Positions 26,771 through 42,140 of a stretch of DNA of 64,000 bases are shown here, in pieces (the first letter of the stretch is position 1; the number at the start of each line of letters is the position of its first letter). This DNA comes from Eledone cirrhosa (taxonomy: Eukaryota): positions 23,684,001 to 23,748,000 of the forward strand of contig OZ024740.1 in assembly GCA_964016885.1 (NCBI GenBank), given 5' to 3'. The position numbers and the translations under genes are program-made. The notes below the pieces were generated by a model. It was not told the origin of the DNA and did not search any database. It worked only from the letters and a program-made list of their open reading frames with translations.

Positions 26771-29700
26771 CTGGTAGTTACAACAACATGGCTGACATAG
26801 ATAGCTTGTGTAGCTAGAGAAGGAAGCTGAGTCAACCAACAGACCAACTGATAGTTACAACAACATGGCTGACATATATAGCTTGTGTAGCTAGAGAAGG
26901 TAGCTGAGTCAGTAAACAGGCGCACTAGTAGTTACAACAACATGGCTGACATATATATTTGTGTAGCTAGAGAAAGAAACTGAGTCAACCAACAGACCAA
27001 CTGGTACTTACAACAACATGGCTGACATGTATAGCTTGTGTAGCTAGAGAAGGAAGCTGAGTCAGTCAACAGACCAACTGGTAGATACAACAACATGGCT
27101 GACATATATAGCTTGTGTAGCTAGAGAAGGAAGCTGAGTCAACCAACAGACCAACTGGTACTTACAACAACATGGCTGACATATATAGCTTGTGTAGCTA
27201 GAGAAGGAAGGTGACTCAGTCAACAGACCAACTAGTAGTTACAACAACATGGCTGACATATATAGCTTGTGTAGCTAGAGAAGAAAACTGAATGAACCAA
27301 CAGACCAACTGGTACTTACAACAACATGGCTGACATATATAGCTTGTGCAGCTAGAGAAGGAAACTTAGTCAGTCAACAGACCAACTAGCAGTTACAATA
27401 ACATGGCTGATATATATAGCTTGTGTAGCTAGAGAAGGAAACTGAGTCAGTCAACAGAGCAACTGGTAGTTACAACAACATGGCTGACATATATAGCTTG
27501 TGTAGCTAGAGAAGGAAGCTGAGTCAACCAACAGACCTACTGGTAGTTACAACAACTTGGCTGACATATATATTTGTGTAGCTAGAGAAGGAAGCTGAGT
27601 CAACCAACAGACCAACTAGTAGTTACAACAACATGGCTCACATATATATCTTGTATAGCTAGAGAAGGAAGGTGAGTCACCCAACAGACCAACTGGTAGT
27701 TACAACAACATGGCTGAAATATATAGCTTGTTTAGCTAGAGAAGGAAGCTGAGTCTGTCAACAGACCAACTTGTAGTTACAACATGGCTGACATATATAG
27801 CTTGTGTAGCTAGAGAAGGAAGCTGAGTCAACCAACAGTCCAACTGGTAGTTACAACAACATAGCTGACATATATAGCTTGTGTAGCTAGAGAAGGAAGA
27901 TGAGTCAGTCAACAGACCAACTTGTAGTTACAACAACATGGCTGACATATATAGCTTGTGTAGCTAGAGAAGGAGGCTGAGTCAACCAACAGACCAACTG
28001 GTAGTTACAACAACATGGCTGACATATATAGCTTGTGTAGCTAGAGAAGGCAGCTGAGTCAACCAACAGACTAACTGGTAGTTACAACAACATGGCTGAA
28101 ATATATAGCTTGTTTAGCTAGAGAAGGAAGCTGAGTCAGTCAACAGACCAACTGGTAATTACAACAACATGGCTGACATATATAGCTTGTGTAGCTAGAG
28201 AAGGAAGCTGAGTCAACCAACAGACCAACTGGTAGTTACAACAACATGGCTGACATATATATTTGTGTAGCTAGAGAAGGAAGCTGATTCAACCAACAGA
28301 CCAAATGGTAGTTACAACAACATGGCTGACATATATATCTTGTGTAGCTAGAGAAGGAAGATGAGTCAACCAACAGACCAACTGGTAGTTACAACAACAT
28401 GCCTGACATATATAGCTTGTGTAGCTAGAGAAGGAAGCTGAGTCAACCAACAGACCAACTGGTAGTTACAACAATATGGCTGACATATATATTTGTGTAT
28501 CTAGAGAAGGAAGCTGATTCAACCAACAGACCAACTTGTAGTTACAACAACATTGCTGACATATATATCTTGTGTAGCTAGAGAAGGAAGCTGAGACAAC
28601 CAACAGACCAACTGGTAGTTACAACAACATGGCTGACATATATAGCTTGTGTAGCTAGAGAAGGAATCTGAGTCATTTAACAGACCAACTAGTAGTTACA
28701 ACAACATGGTTGACATATATAGCTTGTGTAGCTAGAGAAGGTAGCTGAGTCAGTAAACAGGCGCACTAGTAGTTACAACAACATGGCTGACATATATATC
28801 TTGAGCAGCTAGAGAAGGAAGCTGAGTCAGTCAACAGACCAACTGGTAGATACAACAACATGGCTGACATATATAGCTTGTGTAGCTAGAGAAGGAAGCT
28901 GAGTCAACCAACAGACCAACTGGTACTTACAATAACATGGCTGACATATATGGCTTGTGTAGCTAGAGAAGGAAGGTGACTCAGTCAACAGACCAACTAG
29001 TAGTTACAACAACATGGCTGACATATATAGCTTGTGTAGCTAGAGAAGGAAGCTGAATGAATCGACAGATCTACTGGTAGTTACAACAACATGGCTGACA
29101 TATATAGCTTGTGTAGCTAGAGAAGGAAGCTGAGTCAAGCAACATACCAACTGGTAGTTACAACAGCATGGCTGACATATATATTTGTGTGGCTAGAGGA
29201 GGAAGCTGAGTCAACCAACAGACCAACTGGTACTTACAACAACATGGCTGACATATATAGCTTGTGCAGCTAGAGTAGGAAGCTGAGTAAGTCAACAGAC
29301 CAACTAGTAGTTACAACTACATGGCTGACATATATATAGCTTGTGTAGCTAGAGAAGGAAGCTGAGTCAACCAACAGACCTACTGGTAGTTACAAAAACA
29401 AGGCTGACATATATATCTTGTGTAGCTAGAGAAGGAAGCTGAGTCAGTCAACAGACCAACTAGCAGTTACAACAACATTGCTGATATATATAGCTTGTGT
29501 AGCTAGAGAAGGAAGCTGAGTCAACTAACAGACCAACTGGTAGTTACAACAACATGGCTGACATGTATATCTTGTTTAGCTAGAGAAGGAAGCTGAGTCA
29601 ACCAACAGACCAACTGCTAGTTAAAACAACATGGCTGACATATATATCTTTTATAGCTAGAGAAGGAAGTTGAGTCAGTCAACAGACCAACTGGTAGTTA

Positions 29701-31989
29701 CAACAACATGGCTGACATATATAGCTTGTGTAGCTAGAGAAGGACGCTGAGTCAACCAACAGAATAACTGGTAGTTACAACAACATGGCTGACATATATA
29801 TCTTGTGTAGCTAGAGAAGGAAGCTGAGTCAGTCAACAGACCAACTAGTAGTTACAACAACATGGCTGACATATATATTTGTGTAGCTTGAGAAGGAAGC
29901 TGAGTCAACCAACAGACCAACTGGTACTTACAACAACATGGCTGACATGTATAGCTTGTGTAGCTAGAGAAGGAAGCTGAGTCAGTCAACAGACCAACTG
30001 GTAGTTACAACAACATGGCTGACATATACAGCTTGTGCAGCTAGAGAAGGAAGCTGAGTCAGTCAACAGACCAACTAGTAGTTACAACTACATGGCTGAC
30101 ATATATATAGCTTGTGTAGCTAGAGAAGGAAGCTGAGTCAACCAACAGACCTACTGGTAGTTACAAAAACATGGCTGACATATATATCTTGTGTAGCTAG
30201 AGAAGGAAGCTGAGTCAGTCAACAGACCAACTAGCAGTTACAACAACATGGCTGACATATATATTTGTGTACCTTGAGAAGGAAGCTGAGTCAACCAACA
30301 GACCCACTGGTACTTACAACAACATGGCTGACATGTATAGCTTGTGTAGCTAGAGAAGGAAACTGAGTCAGTCAACAGACCAGCTAGTAGTTACAACAAC
30401 ATGGCTGACATATATAGCTTGTGTAGCTAGAGAAGGAAGCTGAGTCAACCAACAGAGCTACTGGTAGTTACAACAACATGGCTGACATATATATCTTGTA
30501 TAGCTAGAGAAGGAAGCTGAGTCCACCAACAGACAAACTGGTAGTTACAACAACATGGCTGACATATATAGCTTGTGTAGCTAGAGAAGGAAGCTGACTC
30601 AGTCAAGAGACCAACTAGTAGTTAAAACAACATGGCTGACATATATAGCTTGTGTAGCTAGAGGAGGAAACTGAGTCAGTCAACAGACCAACTGGTAGTT
30701 ACAACAACTTGGCTGACATATGTATTTTGTGTAGCTAGAGAAGGAAGCTGAGTCAACCAACAGACCAACTGGTAGTTACAACAACATGGCTGACATGTAT
30801 AGCTTGTGTAGCTAGAGAAGGAATCTGAGTCATTTAACAGACCAACTAGTAGTTACAACAACATGGTTGACATATACAGCTTGTGTAGCTAGAGAAGGTA
30901 GCTGAGTCAGTAAACAGGCGCACTAGTAGTTACAACAACATGGCTGACATATATATCTTGAGCAGCTAGAGAAGGAAGCTGAGTCAGTCAACAGACCCAC
31001 TGGTAGTTACAACGACATGGCTGACATATATATTTGTGTAGCTAGAGAAAGAAGCTGAGTCAACCAACAGACCAACTGGTACTTACAACAACATGGCTGA
31101 CATGTATAGCTTGTGTAGCTAGAGAAGGAAGCTGAGTCAGTCAACAGACCAACTGGTAGATACAACAACATGGCTGACATTTATAGCTTGTGTAGCTTGA
31201 GAAGGAAGGTGACTCAGTCAACAGACCAACTAGTAGTTACAACAACATGGCTGACATATATAGCTTGTGTAGCTAGAGAAGGAAACTGAATGAACCGACA
31301 GATCTACTGGTAGTTACAACAACATGGCTGACATATATCGCTTGTGTAGCTAGAGAAGGAAGCTGAGTCAACCAACAGACCAACTGGTTGTTACAACAAC
31401 ATGGCTGACATATATATTTGTTTGGCTAGAGAAGGAAGCTGAGTCAGTCAACAGACCAACTAGCAGTTACAACAACATGGCTGATATATATAGCTTGTGT
31501 AGCTAGAGAAGGAAGCTGAGTCAACCAACAGACCAACTGGTAGTTACAAAAACATGGCTGACATATATATCTTGTGTAGCTAGAGAAGGAAGCTGAGTCA
31601 GTCAACAGACCAACTAGCAGTTACAACAACATGGCTGATATATATAGCTTGTGTAGCTAGAGAAGGAAGCTGAGTCAACCAACAGACCAACTGGTAGTTA
31701 CAACAACATGGCTGACATATATATCTTGTTTAGCTAGAGAAGGAAGCTGAGTCAACCAACAGACCAGCTGCTAGTTACAACAACATGGCTGACATATATA
31801 TCTTTTATAGCTAGAGAAGGAAGCTGAGTCAGTCAACAGACCAACTGGTAGTTACAACAACATGGCTGACATATATAGCTTGTGTAGCTAGAGAAGGACG
31901 CTGAGTCAACCAACAGACTAACTGGTGGTTACAACAACATGGCTGACATATATAGCTTGTGTAGCTAGAGAAGGAAGCTGAGTCAGTCA

Positions 31990-33490
31990 ACAGACCAACT
32001 GGTAGTTACAGCAACATGGCTGACATATATAGCTTGTGTAGCTAGAGAAGGAAGCTGAGTCAGTCAACAGACCAAATAGCAGTTACAACAACATGGCTGA
32101 CATATATAGCTTGTGTAGCTAGAGAAGGAAGCTGAGTCAGTCAACAGATCAAATAGCAGTTACAACAACATGGCTGACATATATAGCTTGTGTAGCTAGA
32201 GAAGGATGCTGAGTCAACCAACAGACTAACTGGTAGTTACAACAACATGCCTGACATATATAGCTTGTGTAGCTAGAGAAGGAAGCTGAGTCATTCAACA
32301 GACCAACTGGTAGTTACAGCAACATGGCTGACATATATAGCTTGTGTAGCTAGAGAAGGAAGCTGAGTCAGTCAACAGACCAAATAGCACTTACAACAAC
32401 ATGGCTGACATATATAGCTTGTGTAGCTAGAGAAGGACGCTGAGTCAACCAAAAGACTAACTGGTAGTTGCAACAACATGGCTGACATATATAGCTTCTG
32501 TAGCTAGAGAAGGAAGCTAAGTCAACCAACAGACCAACTGGTCGTTACAACAACGTGGCTGACATATATATCTTGTGTAGCTAGAGAAGGAAGCTGAATC
32601 AACCAACAGACCAACTTGTAGTTACAACAACATGGCTGACATATATATATTGTGTAGCTAGAGAAGGAAGCTGAGTCAACCAACAGACCTACTGGTAGTT
32701 ACAGCAATATGGCTGACATATATAGCTTGTGTAGCTAGAGAAGGAATCTGAGTCATTTAACAGACCAACTAGTAGTTACAACAACATTGTTGACATATAT
32801 AGCTTGTGTAGCTAGAGAAGGTAGCTGAGTCAGTAAACAGGCGCACTAGTAGTTACAACAACATGGCTGACATATATAGCTTGTGTAGCTAGAGAAGGAC
32901 GCTGAGTCAACCAAAAGACTAACTGGTAGTTGCAACAACATGGCTGACATATATAGCTTCTGTAGCTAGAGAAGGAAGCTAAGTCAACCAACAGACCAAC
33001 TGGTAGTTACAACAACATGGCTGACATATATAGCTTGTGTAGCTAGAGAAGGACGCTGAGTCAACCAACAGACCAACTGGTAGTTACAGCAACATGGCTG
33101 ACATATATAGCTTGTGTAGCTAGAGAAGGAAGCTGAGTCAGTCAACAGACCAAATAGCAGTTACAACAACATGGCTGACATATATAGCTTGTGTAGCTAG
33201 AGAAGGAAGCTGAGTCAGTCAACAGATCAAATAGCAGTTACAACAACATGGCTGACATATATAGCTTGTGTAGCTAGAGAAGGACGCTGAGTCAACCAAC
33301 AGACTAACTGGTAGTTACAACAACATGCCTGACATATATAGCTTGTGTAGCTAGAGAAGGAATCTGAGTCATTCAACAGACCAACTGGTAGTTACAGCAA
33401 CATGGCTGACATATATAGCTTGTGTAGCTAGAGAAGGAAGCTGAGTCAGTCAACAGACCAAATAGCACTTACAACAACATGGCTGACATA
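31990..33490. repeat. Nested short duplications with 14-monomer (1078 bp) and 6-monomer (462 bp) offsets
   Basis: agatcaaatagc 32146/33224 (+1078 = 14x77), with shared catgcctgac, tcattc and aatagcactt markers. aaaagactaactggtagttgc 32451/32913 (+462 = 6x77). Confidence 0.8.
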
Positions 33491-34199
33491 TATATCTTGA
33501 GCAGCTAGAGAAGGAAGCTGTGTCAGTCAACAGACCAACTGGTAGATACAACAACATGGCTGACATATATAGCTTGTGTAGCTAGAGAAGGAAGCTGAGT
33601 CAACCAACAGACCAACTGGTACTTACAACAACATGGCTGACATACATAGCTTGTGTAGCTAGAGAAGGAAGGTGACTCAGTCAACAGACCAACTAGTAGT
33701 TACAACAACATGGCTGACATATATAGCTTGTGTAGCTAGAGAAGGAAACTGAATGAACCGACAGATCTACTGGTAGTTACAACAACATGGCTGACATATA
33801 TCGCTTGTGTAGCTAGAGAAGGAAGCTGAGTCAGTCAACAGACCAACTAGCAGTTACAACAACATGGCTGATATATATAGCTTGTGTAGCTAGAGAAGGA
33901 AGCTGAGTCAACCAACAGACCAACTGGTAGTTACAACAACATGGCTGACATATATATCTTCTTTAGCTAGAGAAGGAATCTGAGTCAACCAACAGACCAG
34001 CTGCTAGTTACAACAATATGGCTGACATATATATCTTGTATAGCTAGAGAAGGAAGCTGAGTCAGTCAACAGACCAACTGGTAGTTACAACAACATGGCT
34101 GACATATATAGCTTGTGTAGCTAGAGAAGGAAGCTGAGTCAGTCAACAGACCAACTGGTAGTTACAGCAACATGGCTGACATATATAGCTTGTGTAGCT

Positions 34200-37100
34200 A
34201 GAGAAGGAAGCTGAGTCAGTCAACAGACCAAATAGCAGTTACAACAGCATGGCTGACATATGTAGCTTGTGTAGCTAGAGAAGGAAGCTGAGTCAGTCAA
34301 CAGACCAAATAGCAGTTACAACATCATGGCTGACATATATAGCTTGTGTAGCTAGAGAAGGACGCTGAGTCAACCAAAAGACTAACTGGTAGTTGCAACA
34401 ACATGGCTGACATATATAGCTTCTGTAGCTAGAGAAGGAAGCTGAGTCAACCAACAGACCAACTGGTTGTTACAACAACGTGGCTGACATATATATCTTG
34501 TGTAGCTAGAGAAGGAAGCTGAATCAACCAACAGACCAACTTGTAGTTACAACAACATGGCTGACATATATATGTTGTGTAGCTAGAGAAGGAAGCTGAG
34601 TCAACCAACATACCTACTGGTAGTTACAGCAATATGGCTGACATATATAGCTTGTGTAGCTAGAGAAGGAATCTGAGTCATTTAACAGACCAACTAGTAG
34701 TTACAACAACATGGTTGACATATATAGCTTGTGTAGCTAGAGAAGGTAGCTGAGTCAGTAAACAGGCGCACTAGTAGTTACAACAACATGGCTGACATAT
34801 ATATCTTGAGCAGCTAGAGAAGGAAGCTGTGTCAGTCAACAGACCAACTAGTAGTTACAACAACATGGCTGACATATATATTTGTGTAGCTTGAGAAGGA
34901 AGGTGAGTCAACCAACAGACCAACTGGTACTTACAACAACATGGCTGACATGTATAGCTTGTGTAGCTAGAGAAGGAAGCTGAGTCAGTCAACAGACCAA
35001 CTGGTAGTTACAACAACATGGCTGACATATATAGCTTGTGTAGCTAGAGAAGGACGCTGAGTCAACCAACAGACCAACTGGTACATACAACAACATGGCT
35101 GACATATATATCTTGTGTAGCTAGAGAAGGAAGCTGAATCAACCAACAGACCAACTTGTAGTTACAACAACATGGCTGACATATATATATTGTGTAGCTA
35201 GAGAAGGAAGCTGAGTCAACCAACAGACCTACTGGTAGTTACAGCAATATGGCTGACATATATAGCTTGTGTAGCTAGAGAAGGAATCTGAGTCATTTAA
35301 CAGACCAACTAGTAGTTACAACAACATTGTTGACATATATAGCTTGTGTAGCTAGAGAAGGTAGCTGAGTCAGTAAACAGGCGCACTAGTAGTTACAACA
35401 ACATGGCTGACATATATATCTTGAGCAGCTAGAGAAGGAAGCTGTGTCAGTCAACAGACCAACTGGTAGATACAACAACATGGCTGACATATATAGCTTG
35501 TGTAGCTAGAGAAGGAAGCTGAGTCAACCAACAGACCAACCGGCACTTACAACAACATGGCTGACATACATAGCTTGTGTAGCTAGAGAAGGAAGGTGAC
35601 TCAGTCAACAGACCAACTAGTAGTTACAACAACATGGCTGACATATATAGCTTGTGTAGCTAGAGAAGGAAACTGAATGAACCGACAGATCTACTGGTAG
35701 TTACAACAACATGGCTGACATATATCGCTTGTGTAGCTAGAGAAGGAAGCTGTGTCAGTCAACAGACCAACTAGCAGTTACAACAACATGGCTGATATAT
35801 ATAGCTTGTGTAGCTAGAGAAGGAAGCTGAGTCAACCAACAGACCAACTGGTAGTTACAACAACATGGCTGACATATATATCTTCTTTAGCTAGAGACGG
35901 AATCTGAGTCAACCAACAGACCAGCTGCTAGTTATAACAATATGGCTGACATATATATCTTGTATAGCTAGAGAAGGAAGCTGAGTCAGTCAACAGACCA
36001 ACTGGTAGTTACAACAACATGGCTGACATATATAGCTTGTGTAGCTAGAGAAGGAAGCTGAGTCAGTCAACAGACCAACTGGTAGTTACAGCAACATGGC
36101 TGACATATATAGCTTGTGTAGCTAGAGAAGGAAGCTGAGTCAGTCAACAGACCAAATAGCAGTTACAACAGCATGGCTGACATATATAGCTTGTGTAGCT
36201 AGAGAAGGACGCTGAGTCAACCAAAAGACTAACTGGTAGTTGCAACAACATGGCTGACATATATAGCTTCTGTAGCTAGAGAAGGAAGCTGAGTCAACCA
36301 ACAGACCAACTGGTTGTTACAACAACGTGGCTGACATATATATCTTGTGTAGCTAGAGAAGGAAGCTGAATCAACCAACAGACCAACTTGTAGTTACAAC
36401 AACATGGCTGACATATATATGTTGTGTAGCTAGAGAAGGAAGCTGAGTCAACCAACATACCTACTGGTAGTTACAGCAATATGGCTGACATATATAGCTT
36501 GTGTAGCTAGAGAAGGAATCTGAGTCATTTAACAGACCAACTAGTAGTTACAACAACATGGTTGACATATATAGCTTGTGTAGCTAGAGAAGGTAGCTGA
36601 GTCAGTAAACAGGCGCACTAGTAGTTACAACAACATGGCTGACATATATATCTTGAGCAGCTAGAGAAGGAAGCTGTGTCAGTCAACAGACCAACTAGTA
36701 GTTACAACAACATGGCTGACATATATATTTGTGTAGCTTGAGGAGGAAGGTGAGTCAACCAACAGACCAACTGGTACTTACAACAACATGGCTGACATGT
36801 ATAGCTTGTGTAGCTAGAGAAGGAAGCTACGTCAGTCAACAGACCAACTGGTAGTTACAACAACATGGCTGACATATATAGCTTGTGTAGCTAGAGAAGG
36901 ACGCTGAGTCAACCAACAGACCAACTGGTACATACAACAACATGGCTGACATATATAGCTTGTGTAGCTAGAGAAGGAAGGTGACTCAGTCAACAGACCA
37001 ACTAGTAGTTACAACAACATGGCTGACATATATAGCTTGTGTAGCTAGAGAAGGAAACTGAATGAACCGACAGATCTACTGGTAGTTACAACAACATGGC

Positions 37101-40100
37101 TGACATATATAGCTTGTGTAGCTAGAGAAGGAAGCTGAGTCAACCAACAGACTAACTGGTGGTTACAACAACATGGCTGACATATATAGCTTGTGTAGCT
37201 AGAGAAGGAAGCTGAGTCAGTCAACAGACCAACTAGTAGTTACAGCAACATGGCTGACATATATAGCTTGTGTAGCTAGAGAAGGAAGCTGAGTCAGTCA
37301 ACAGACCAAATAGCAGTTACAACAACATGGCTGACATATATAGCTTGTGTAGCTAGAGAAGGAAGCTGAGTCAGTCAACAGATCAAATAGCAGTTACAAC
37401 AACATGGCTGACATATATAGCTTGTGTAGCTAGAGAAGGACGCTGAGTCAACCAACAGACTAACTGGTAGTTACAACAACGTGGCTGACATATATAGCTT
37501 GTGTAGCTAGAGAAGGAAGCTGAGTCAGTCAACAGACCAACTAGTAGTAACAACAACATGGCTGACATATATATTTGTGTAGCTCGAGAAGGAAGCTGAT
37601 TCAACCAACAGACCAACTGGTACTTACAACAACATGGCTGACATGTATAGCTTGTGTAGCTAGAGAAGGAAGCTGAGTCAGTCAACAGACCAACTGGTAG
37701 TTACAACAACATGGCTGACATATATATCTTGTGTAGCTAGAGAAGGAAGCTGAGTCAGTCAACAGACCAAGTAGCAGTTACAACAACATGGCTGATATAT
37801 ATAGCTTGTGTAGCTAGAGAAGGAAGCTGAGTCAACTAACAGACCAACTGGTAGTTACAACAACATGGCTGACATATATATCTTGTTTAGCTAGAGAAGG
37901 AAGCTGAGTCAACCAACAGACCAACTGCTAGTTACAACAACATGGCTGACATATATATCTTGTATAGCTAGAGAAGGAAGCTGAGTCAGTCAACAGACCA
38001 ACTGGTAGTTACAACAACATGGCTGACATATATAGCTTGTGTAGCTAGAGAAGGACGCTGAGTCAATCAACAGAATAACTGGTAGTTACAACTACATGGC
38101 TGACATATATATAGCTTGTGTAGCTAGAGAAGGAAGCTGAGTCAACCAACAGACCTACTGGTAGTTACAAAAACATGGCTGACATATATATCTTGTGTAG
38201 CTAGAGAAGGAAGCTGAGTCAGTCAACAGACCAAATAGCAGTTACAACAGCATGGCTGACATATATAGCTTGTGTAGCTAGAGAAGGAAGCTGAGTCAGT
38301 CAACAGACCAAATAGCAGTTACAACATCATGGCTGACATATATAGCTTGTGTAGCTAGAGAAGGACGCTGAGTCAACCAAAAGACTAACTGGTAGTTGCA
38401 ACAACATGGCTGACATATATAGCTTCTGTAGCTAGAGAAGGAAGCTGAGACAACCAACAGACCAACTGGTTGTTACAACAACGTGGCTGACATATATATG
38501 TTGTGTAGCTAGAGAAGGAAGCTGAGTCAACCAACATACCTACTGGTAGTTACAGCAATATGGCTGACATATATAGCTTGTGTAGCTAGAGAAGGAATCT
38601 GAGTCATTTAACAGACCAACTAGTAGTTACAACAACATGGTTGACATATATAGCTTGTGTAGCTAGAGAAGGTAGCTGAGTCAGTAAACAGGCGCACTAG
38701 TAGTTACAACAACATGGCTGACATATATATCTTGAGCAGCTAGAGAAGGAAGCTGTGTCAGTCAACAGACCAACTAGTAGTTACAACAACATGGCTGACA
38801 TATATATTTGTGTAGCTTGAGAAGGAAGGTGAGTCAACCAACAGACCAACTGGTACTTACAACAACATGGCTGACATGTATAGCTTGTGTAGCTAGAGAA
38901 GGAAGCTGAGTCAGTCAACAGACCAACTGGTAGTTACAACAACATGGCTGACATATATAGCTTGTGTAGCTAGAGAAGGACGCTGAGTCAACCAACAGAC
39001 CAACTGGTACATACAACAACATGGCTGACATATATATCTTGTGTAGCTAGAGAAGGAAGCTGAATCAACCAACAGACCAACTTGTAGTTACAACAACATG
39101 GCTGACATATATATATTGTGTAGCTAGAGAAGGAAGCTGAGTCAACCAACAGACCTACTGGTAGTTACAGCAATATGGCTGACATATATAGCTTGTGTAG
39201 CTAGAGAAGGAATCTGAGTCATTTAACAGACCAACTAGTAGTTACAACAACATTGTTGACATATATAGCTTGTGTAGCTAGAGAAGGTAGCTGAGTCAGT
39301 AAACAGGCGCACTAGTAGTTACAACAACATGGCTGACATATATATCTTGAGCAGCTAGAGAAGGAAGCTGTGTCAGTCAACAGACCAACTGGTAGATACA
39401 ACAACATGGCTGACATATATAGCTTGTGTAGCTAGAGAAGGAAGCTGAGTCAACCAACAGACCAACCGGCACTTACAACAACATGGCTGACATACATAGC
39501 TTGTGTAGCTAGAGAAGGAAGGTGACTCAGTCAACAGACCAACTAGTAGTTACAACAACATGGCTGACATATATAGCTTGTGTAGCTAGAGAAGGAAACT
39601 GAATGAACCGACAGATCTACTGGTAGTTACAACAACATGGCTGACATATATCGCTTGTGTAGCTAGAGAAGGAAGCTGTGTCAGTCAACAGACCAACTAG
39701 CAGTTACAACAACATGGCTGATATATATAGCTTGTGTAGCTAGAGAAGGAAGCTGAGTCAACCAACAGACCAACTGGTAGTTACAACAACATGGCTGACA
39801 TATATATCTTCTTTAGCTAGAGAAGGAATCTGAGTCAACCAACAGACCAGCTGCTAGTTATAACAATATGGCTGACATATATATCTTGTATAGCTAGAGA
39901 AGGAAGCTGAGTCAGTCAACAGACCAACTGGTAGTTACAACAACATGGCTGACATATATAGCTTGTGTAGCTAGAGAAGGAAGCTGAGTCAGTCAACAGA
40001 CCAACTGGTAGTTACAGCAACATGGCTGACATATATAGCTTGTGTAGCTAGAGAAGGAAGCTGAGTCAGTCAACAGACCAAATAGCAGTTACAACAGCAT

Positions 40101-42140
40101 GGCTGACATATACAGCTTGTGTAGCTAGAGAAGGACGCTGAGTCAACCAAAAGACTAACTGGTAGTTGCAACAACATGGCTGACATATATAGCTTCTGTA
40201 GCTAGAGAAGGAAGCTGAGTCAACCAACAGACCAACTGGTTGTTACAACAACGTGGCTGACATATATATCTTGTGTAGCTAGAGAAGGAAGCTGAATCAA
40301 CCAACAGACCAACTTGTAGTTACAACAACATGGCTGACATATATATGTTGTGTAGCTAGAGAAGGAAGCTGAGTCAACCAACATACCTACTGGTAGTTAC
40401 AGCAATATGGCTGACATATATAGCTTGTGTAGCTAGAGAAGGAATCTGAGTCATTTAACAGACCAACTAGTAGTTACAACAACATGGTTGACATATATAG
40501 CTTGTGTAGCTAGAGAAGGTAGCTGAGTCAGTAAACAGGCGCACTAGTAGTTACAACAACATGGCTGACATATATATCTTGAGCAGCTAGAGAAGGAAGC
40601 TGTGTCAGTCAACAGACCAACTAGTAGTTACAACAACATGGCTGACATATATATTTGTGTAGCTTGAGGAGGAAGGTGAGTCAACCAACAGACCAACTGG
40701 TACTTACAACAACATGGCTGACATGTATAGCTTGTGTAGCTAGAGAAGGAAGCTACGTCAGTCAACAGACCAACTGGTAGTTACAACAACATGGCTGACA
40801 TATATAGCTTGTGTAGCTAGAGAAGGACGCTGAGTCAACCAACAGACCAACTGGTACATACAACAACATGGCTGACATATATAGCTTGTGTAGCTAGAGA
40901 AGGAAGGTGACTCAGTCAACAGACCAACTAGTAGTTACAACAACATGGCTGACATATATAGCTTGTGTAGCTAGAGAAGGAAACTGAATGAACCGACAGA
41001 TCTACTGGTAGTTACAACAACATGGCTGACATATATAGCTTGTGTAGCTAGAGAAGGAAGCTGAGTCAACCAACAGACTAACTGGTGGTTACAACAACAT
41101 GGCTGACATATATAGCTTGTGTAGCTAGAGAAGGAAGCTGAGTCAGTCAACAGACCAACTAGTAGTTACAGCAACATGGCTGACATATATAGCTTGTGTA
41201 GCTAGAGAAGGAAGCTGAGTCAGTCAACAGACCAAATAGCAGTTACAACAACATGGCTGACATATATAGCTTGTGTAGCTAGAGAAGGAAGCTGAGTCAG
41301 TCAACAGATCAAATAGCAGTTACAACAACATGGCTGACATATATAGCTTGTGTAGCTAGAGAAGGACGCTGAGTCAACCAACAGACTAACTGGTAGTTAC
41401 AACAACGTGGCTGACATATATAGCTTGTGTAGCTAGAGAAGGAAGCTGAGTCAGTCAACAGACCAACTAGTAGTAACAACAACATGGCTGACATATATAT
41501 TTGTGTAGCTCGAGAAGGAAGCTGATTCAACCAACAGACCAACTGGTACTTACAACAACATGGCTGACATGTATAGCTTGTGTAGCTAGAGAAGGAAGCT
41601 GAGTCAGTCAACAGACCAACTGGTAGTTACAACAACATGGCTGACATATATATCTTGTGTAGCTAGAGAAGGAAGCTGAGTCAGTCAACAGACCAAGTAG
41701 CAGTTACAACAACATGGCTGATATATATAGCTTGTGTAGCTAGAGAAGGAAGCTGAGTCAACTAACAGACCAACTGGTAGTTACAACAACATGGCTGACA
41801 TATATATCTTGTTTAGCTAGAGAAGGAAGCTGAGTCAACCAACAGACCAACTGCTAGTTACAACAACATGGCTGACATATATATCTTGTATAGCTAGAGA
41901 AGGAAGCTGAGTCAGTCAACAGACCAACTGGTAGTTACAACAACATGGCTGACATATATAGCTTGTGTAGCTAGAGAAGGACGCTGAGTCAATCAACAGA
42001 ATAACTGGTAGTTACAACTACATGGCTGACATATATATAGCTTGTGTAGCTAGAGAAGGAAGCTGAGTCAACCAACAGACCTACTGGTAGTTACAAAAAC
42101 ATGGCTGACATATATATCTTGTGTAGCTAGAGAAGGAAGC
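34200..42140. repeat. Tandem duplication of a ~51-monomer block (period 3926 bp), itself built on an older ~24-25-monomer duplication
   Basis: cggcactt 35541/39467, aatcaacagaata 38065/41991 and identical ORFs 37383/41309 are all at +3926. Internal offsets: tacctactgg 34611/36458 (+1847) and tgtcagtc 33521/35445 (+1924). Confidence 0.92.

Noticed and set aside
2944-41611. Eleven minus-strand ORFs of 65-100 aa (Cys/Ser/Tyr-rich repeats such as SYTSYICQPCCCKYQLVC)
   Set aside because: They are translations of the satellite. 77 is not a multiple of 3, so frames rotate and normally hit stops. The ORFs appear only where variants remove a stop, most use non-ATG starts, and they recur only because the blocks are duplicated. 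The metallothionein- or keratin-associated-like look is coincidental.
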